Below, in pieces: positions 60,064 through 64,000 of a stretch of DNA of 64,000 nt. Below the pieces are notes generated by a model. It saw only the letters and a list, made by a program, of their open reading frames with translations, ran no database searches and was not told where the DNA came from. Made by a program: the position numbers and the translations under genes. How positions within the stretch are numbered: position 1 is the first letter of the stretch; every line of letters starts with the position of its first letter. The stretch is taken from contig JAGAUY010000011.1 of assembly GCA_017620525.1 (NCBI GenBank), forward strand, positions 1,902 through 65,901, in the 5' to 3' direction. The stretch is from Oscillospiraceae bacterium. Its GTDB lineage: Bacteria > Bacillota > Clostridia > Oscillospirales > Oscillospiraceae.

Positions 60064-63000
60064 TCATTCTTCTGTATCCGGAGATTCCTCTTCCGGGGGT
60101 TCTGTTACAGGTGGGTCTGTTTCAGGCGGATCGGTAACGGGAGGATCCGTTTCCGGGGGTTCTGTCTCAGGCGGATCGGTAACAGGAGGATCCGTTTCCG
60201 GGGGTTCTGTCTCAGGCGGCGTATAGTTCGGGTCCTGCGCTCCACAATGGATACAGGATCCATCCGTATAAGAATGGTACTCCTCGAAAGTTCCCTCCCA
60301 GATCAGATCCAGACCACATCCATCGCAATGGTATACGATCTTCTTGCAAGTGGCTTCCTTCATTGTCAGCGTCCCGCTGCACCCCACATCCCAATCGTGG
60401 AGAACACCGCATACACTGCATTCGTAGTCCTCCCAACCTTCATTGTAAACATACTTGTGCTGGCCCCGGTTCAGTTCTTCGCCGCAGGTGGAGCACTTCT
60501 GATAATGCTCCGAATCTGTGTAATTCCATCTGCTGTTCAGTGTATGACCCTTGGCAGGGCTTTCTTCTTCTCTGACCATTTCACATACGGTGCAGCAAAC
60601 CGTCCTGGTGCCGGGCTCGGTACAGGTTGCTGTGTTGCTGCCCTCAACTTCCCTCCAGCTGTGTGTCTCAGAAATGCCGCAGGAGGAGCAGGTATGGGAT
60701 TCATCGGAGTTATCCCAGACATGCGCCTGTGGATCGCCAATGGTCGTCTTACAGTCGTCACAGAACTGGATATGGGTACCGTCTTCCAGATCCATGTAGG
60801 TCAGATGCTCGTGGGCACAATCTTCCACCAGACCACAGCAGCGGCAGACATAGCGAATGGATCCATCCGTATTCTCCACCTGTTCCATCTGATGGTTGAT
60901 GTAGTAACTGCCATTTACCGCAGTCACGCAATAACCGATGGTATTGCCATAACCGGCAGTACCGCCGCCAACATCCCAGCCATAAGCCAGCGTGTAACGC
61001 AGGGTCAGCACATCGCCATCCTGCAAGTAGTATTGGGACATAGACTGTCCGGGATAGTAGGTGCCATCCAGAGAGAACAGCCAGCCGGAACCGCTGGTAT
61101 AATCAAATTCGCTGAATGTACCGCTCCCACCGCTGCTCTTATTCAGTCCGTTGCGGTAAATGCACCGCCACAGCGTTGCAAGGCCCGTTCCCTCTCCAAA
61201 GTAGCTGTCAATAGCTTGCAGGATTTCTTCCTCGGAAGAACCATACTGGGACCAACTGCTGCCGCTCAGAGCATTCGCGCTGTATCCGGGGGACAAGCTT
61301 TGCAGATAGAATCCGCTGTCCAGGGTTCCGGAATACCGTCCGCTCCATCCCAAAGAATTGGACGCAGCGCCAAAGGGTTCTCCGGTATCCATACCCATAA
61401 CAGCCTTAGCAACCGCATAGGAGATCGGCTCATCCGCCAAGACTTCATAGGATACGGAATCCACAACACCCAGGCCAAGCACGGACAGATCAATGTAGAT
61501 CGTTGCATTACCGGTCTTCTGGCCTGCCTGGTTGCGCTGTCCTTGCAGTGTCAATGTCAGCTCACCGTAGTTACCATAGGCATCTTCCGCGTAGATATAA
61601 AGCGTATGTGTATTGGTGTCTCCCGTTTCCGGGTTGCCCGGATACAGAGAATATTCCGATGCAGAACCGGAGGAACTAGTGTAGGATATTTCCTCACCAT
61701 CCAATTTCACGATCAGTTTTGTATCCGTACCGTTGGCAGGAATATAACTGATCACATTTCCGTCCGCATCCTCACTCCAGGCATTGACACTCAGGTTCGT
61801 ATTCGTTTCATTGATAACGACCTGTCCATCGGTGAGATTTGTCGTGATCTTTACCGTATTCTCACCCCTGTGCTTGTAGGGGATATTGATTTTGAATTCG
61901 TACACAGTTCCAGCGCTGTCTTCCGCTGTAATGGTAAAGGCATTTTCACCCGTCTTACCATTTTTCAGAAGCATCTGAATATCATCAGCATAAGCCAGCG
62001 AAAGCGCTCTTCCGCTTCCGGACTGATAGCAGGTTACGGAACTGATTTCAAGATCGGAGCTATCTGTACCTACGATAGACATCGCATAGGAAAGGATGCC
62101 GTCCATCAGCTGATCGTCATAGATCGCTTCCGCGGTTTTGGACTTTCCATTCTCGCAAGTGACTGTTCGGTCCACCTGCTCCCCGTTATCATTCACGGTA
62201 TAACGCATTTCCAAATACACATCCATAGAGTAGTTCAGCACGACTTCAAATGTCATCTGCTGACCGCCCGCAAGGACAACGACTGTAATGGTATAAGCGT
62301 TTGATGTATAGCCATCCGGTAACGCCATGGTCAAAGCGCCGCTCTGCTCCAGGTTGCCGCCACCGGATCCCTCCGATGTGTAAGAAATATTCAGGATCCG
62401 TGCACTTTCGCTGTCAGCGCCAGCAAGTGCCAGCTCATACTTCACAGCACCGGCGGAGAGCTGATTATTCTTCACATCCGTAGAAACACGGCTGCCCGGT
62501 TGACAGGTCAGGGTTCGGCGGGTCGTACCTTTTTCCAGCCATGTGAAAGAAAGCTCAATGTCCAAAGTATCTGCAAAGAGGATGGTAAAATGATAGCGGA
62601 CTGTCTGGTAACTGTCATCCTCATCCGGTACCTGAACTTCAAAAGTCAGATAGTATGTTTCTTCCTCGGAACCATTTGCTGTCTGGAAAATCAGCGAACC
62701 ACCATCCGGATTCAGCATACCGCTACCTCCGGAAGCCGTGGTATACTCCGCCTTTACGATCTGTGCATCTTCTGCCAACGCACCAATCAGCTTGGGAGTA
62801 TAAGCAAAAACATTTTCCGTCAGCTCATTGCTCTCTATCGTCCTGGCTGCAGAACCATCTGCGGCGCAGGTAATCGTGGCAGTAGAATCACCATTTTTCC
62901 TCCAACCGAGTTCCAGCTCCACATCCAGCGTGTAACAGCAATGAAGTACATAAGAAAAAGTAATGTCCTGCTCCACCAGATTTCCCTGAGAATCCCGCTT

Positions 63001-63777
63001 TTCGAGATGGGCATTGATTTGGAACGTGTAATCACGCTCTGCATTTGCATTGGGCAGCTCGATTGTTGTTTCGCCGCTTGCGGCAACTTCAGCGTATTGT
63101 CCATCTCCCTCTTTCAGATAAACGGAAATGATTTCAACATGATCCGCTTCCGTGCCAGTCAAGGAGAAGGAATATTTCAGTTCGTTGTTTACGAGCTGCG
63201 CAGTGTTCATCGTCTTGGACACCGCCTCGGACGGTCCGCATACAATGGTTTTCGGCTGAGTTCCGTACTTATACCAGGTCATGACCATCGCCAGATCCAG
63301 GTCAGATTCCTCGCCGCCTTCTTCACCCTGATCTCCGTCTTCCTGACCCTCATCGCCATCGCCGGTATCCGGGTCATCATTTTCAGAGTCTTCCGGCTGA
63401 GTTTCTTCAGGCGTTGTTTCATCCGGCTCTGTTTGCTCCGGTTTAGACTCTTCGGGTTCCGTTTCCTCTGGCTGCGTTGTCTCTGTTTCTTCCGGCTCTG
63501 TCTCCTCCGGCTCGGTTTCCTCTGGTTCCGTTTCGTCCGGTTCCGTTGGCTCCGTCGAATCATCATTTGAGTTCTCGCCTAGATTGGGATCTTCTTTGTT
63601 CTCGCCCATTTGAAGTTCCGTGATCCCTCTGATCTCTTCATCCTCCAGAGGATTCTGTGGCTTTACGGTTGTCAGTGCCATTCCAGAATAGAATAGCCCC
63701 AGCAAAATAGCCATTGTCAAAAGCAGACAAATGCCCACCTTTACTTTTTTGCTATGTAACAGCGAATTCCAATCCAT
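60064..63777 (-). CDS. N-terminally anchored surface protein: acidic stalk, 4 tandem ~115-aa repeats, DUF4430-like domain, His/Cys-rich repeats, Pro/Thr tail
   Basis: N-terminal TM; EPEET repeats; EFDY.SGSGWLFSLDG.YPG..LQDGDVLTLRYT; multiple H..CxxCG; PPETDPPVTD tail. Confidence 0.8.
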   Translation of the reverse strand: MDWNSLLHSKKVKVGICLLLTMAILLGLFYSGMALTTVKPQNPLEDEEIRGITELQMGENKEDPNLGENSNDDSTEPTEPDETEPEETEPEETEPEETETTQPEETEPEESKPEQTEPDETTPEETQPEDSENDDPDTGDGDEGQEDGDQGEEGGEESDLDLAMVMTWYKYGTQPKTIVCGPSEAVSKTMNTAQLVNNELKYSFSLTGTEADHVEIISVYLKEGDGQYAEVAASGETTIELPNANAERDYTFQINAHLEKRDSQGNLVEQDITFSYVLHCCYTLDVELELGWRKNGDSTATITCAADGSAARTIESNELTENVFAYTPKLIGALAEDAQIVKAEYTTASGGSGMLNPDGGSLIFQTANGSEEETYYLTFEVQVPDEDDSYQTVRYHFTILFADTLDIELSFTWLEKGTTRRTLTCQPGSRVSTDVKNNQLSAGAVKYELALAGADSESARILNISYTSEGSGGGNLEQSGALTMALPDGYTSNAYTITVVVLAGGQQMTFEVVLNYSMDVYLEMRYTVNDNGEQVDRTVTCENGKSKTAEAIYDDQLMDGILSYAMSIVGTDSSDLEISSVTCYQSGSGRALSLAYADDIQMLLKNGKTGENAFTITAEDSAGTVYEFKINIPYKHRGENTVKITTNLTDGQVVINETNTNLSVNAWSEDADGNVISYIPANGTDTKLIVKLDGEEISYTSSSGSASEYSLYPGNPETGDTNTHTLYIYAEDAYGNYGELTLTLQGQRNQAGQKTGNATIYIDLSVLGLGVVDSVSYEVLADEPISYAVAKAVMGMDTGEPFGAASNSLGWSGRYSGTLDSGFYLQSLSPGYSANALSGSSWSQYGSSEEEILQAIDSYFGEGTGLATLWRCIYRNGLNKSSGGSGTFSEFDYTSGSGWLFSLDGTYYPGQSMSQYYLQDGDVLTLRYTLAYGWDVGGGTAGYGNTIGYCVTAVNGSYYINHQMEQVENTDGSIRYVCRCCGLVEDCAHEHLTYMDLEDGTHIQFCDDCKTTIGDPQAHVWDNSDESHTCSSCGISETHSWREVEGSNTATCTEPGTRTVCCTVCEMVREEESPAKGHTLNSRWNYTDSEHYQKCSTCGEELNRGQHKYVYNEGWEDYECSVCGVLHDWDVGCSGTLTMKEATCKKIVYHCDGCGLDLIWEGTFEEYHSYTDGSCIHCGAQDPNYTPPETEPPETDPPVTDPPETEPPETDPPVTDPPETDPPVTEPPEEESPDTEE
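60085..60220 (-). repeat. Coding 15-nt-period tandem repeat (PPETE/PPETD/PPVTD)
   Basis: Near-exact duplications such as ggatccgtttccgggggttctgtctcaggcgg. Confidence 0.85.
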
Positions 63778-63885
63778 AGTATAGTCCTCTCAAAGCAAAT
63801 TGATTGTGCCAGCTTTCCTTTGCAGACTTATATCAAGTCAACAAAGGAAAACTCACAATTCCGAAGCAAAACTGTGTTCTGAATG

Positions 63886-63914
63886 AAGGCGGGGCATGGG
63901 CTATGCCCCGCCTT
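63886..63914. terminator. Stem-loop between the dockerin gene and the 1237-aa gene
   Basis: aaggcggggcat-gggct-atgccccgcctt; the T-tract is on the plus strand only. Confidence 0.55.
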
Positions 63915-63952
63915 ATTTTTTACGAAGCAATAATCCTCGTAATCAAGTCAAG

Positions 63953-64000
63953 TTATCCCTCCACTGGAAAAGCATCGATTGTTCCATAGTAGTAGGAAAC
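63953..64000 (-). CDS. C-terminal end of a second dockerin-bearing protein (enters from the right edge)
   Basis: Translates VSYYYGTIDAFPVEG*, nearly identical to the VSYYYGTIDTFPAES* end of 51080-55624. Confidence 0.8.
   Translation of the reverse strand, partial: VSYYYGTIDAFPVEG

Larger units (their letters stand above)
27418..64000. mobile_element. tRNA-fMet-integrated degenerate ICE/genomic island; right end is outside the window
   Basis: att fragment at the left, conjugation genes at 28-40.6 kb, and no intact tRNA-fMet or second full att before 64000. Confidence 0.65.

Noticed and set aside
59341-62304. 987-aa plus-strand ORF
   Set aside because: Antisense shadow of moxR and the 1237-aa gene; no motifs
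63380-63555. Short tandem repeats as a CRISPR array
   Set aside because: Coding EPEET low-complexity stalk with no repeat-spacer structure; no CRISPR array or cas gene seen in the window
51080-64000. Similar dockerin tails as a DGR template/variable repeat pair
   Set aside because: Differences are mostly synonymous and not adenine-specific; no reverse transcriptase seen

Overview
The window looks like it comes from a Clostridia (Oscillospiraceae-like) gut anaerobe; this is inferred from the SCIFF locus, dockerins and ICE type. Bases 1-27.4 kb are chromosomal metabolism: a sugar ABC ATPase, an aldose epimerase, the scfA-scfB ranthipeptide locus coupled to a PLP decarboxylase, a LacI/sugar-ABC operon led by a Cys/Met PLP lyase, an Opp/Dpp-type ABC operon, PerR-like/ahpC/AhpF-like genes, a MIP channel, a GH31 and an ECF sigma/RsgI-like/ABC module. 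At 27418-27462 lies only the 3' half of tRNA-fMet, an att scar marking the left edge of an integrated element. A degenerate ICE backbone follows (parA, parB, thioester-domain adhesin, pilin, VirB6-like, PrgI, VirB4, sortase B, CHAP hydrolase). The adhesin is fused in frame to what looks like the C-terminal tail of a VirD4 coupling protein, implying a large deletion. From 40.6 kb to beyond the window end is a minus-strand cluster of about 23 kb that looks like a complete corrinoid (B12) capture-import-remodel system. It includes at least two dockerin-bearing proteins, DUF4430 proteins, an alpha-barrel lipoprotein, MoxR/DUF58/inactive transglutaminase genes, a cobalamin riboswitch, an ECF transporter with two T subunits, a CbiR-like AP-endonuclease-2 enzyme and cobT-cobU-cobS-cobU'-cobC. 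This cluster is the best candidate for a little-described system. All family calls come from motif recognition by eye; no searches were run.
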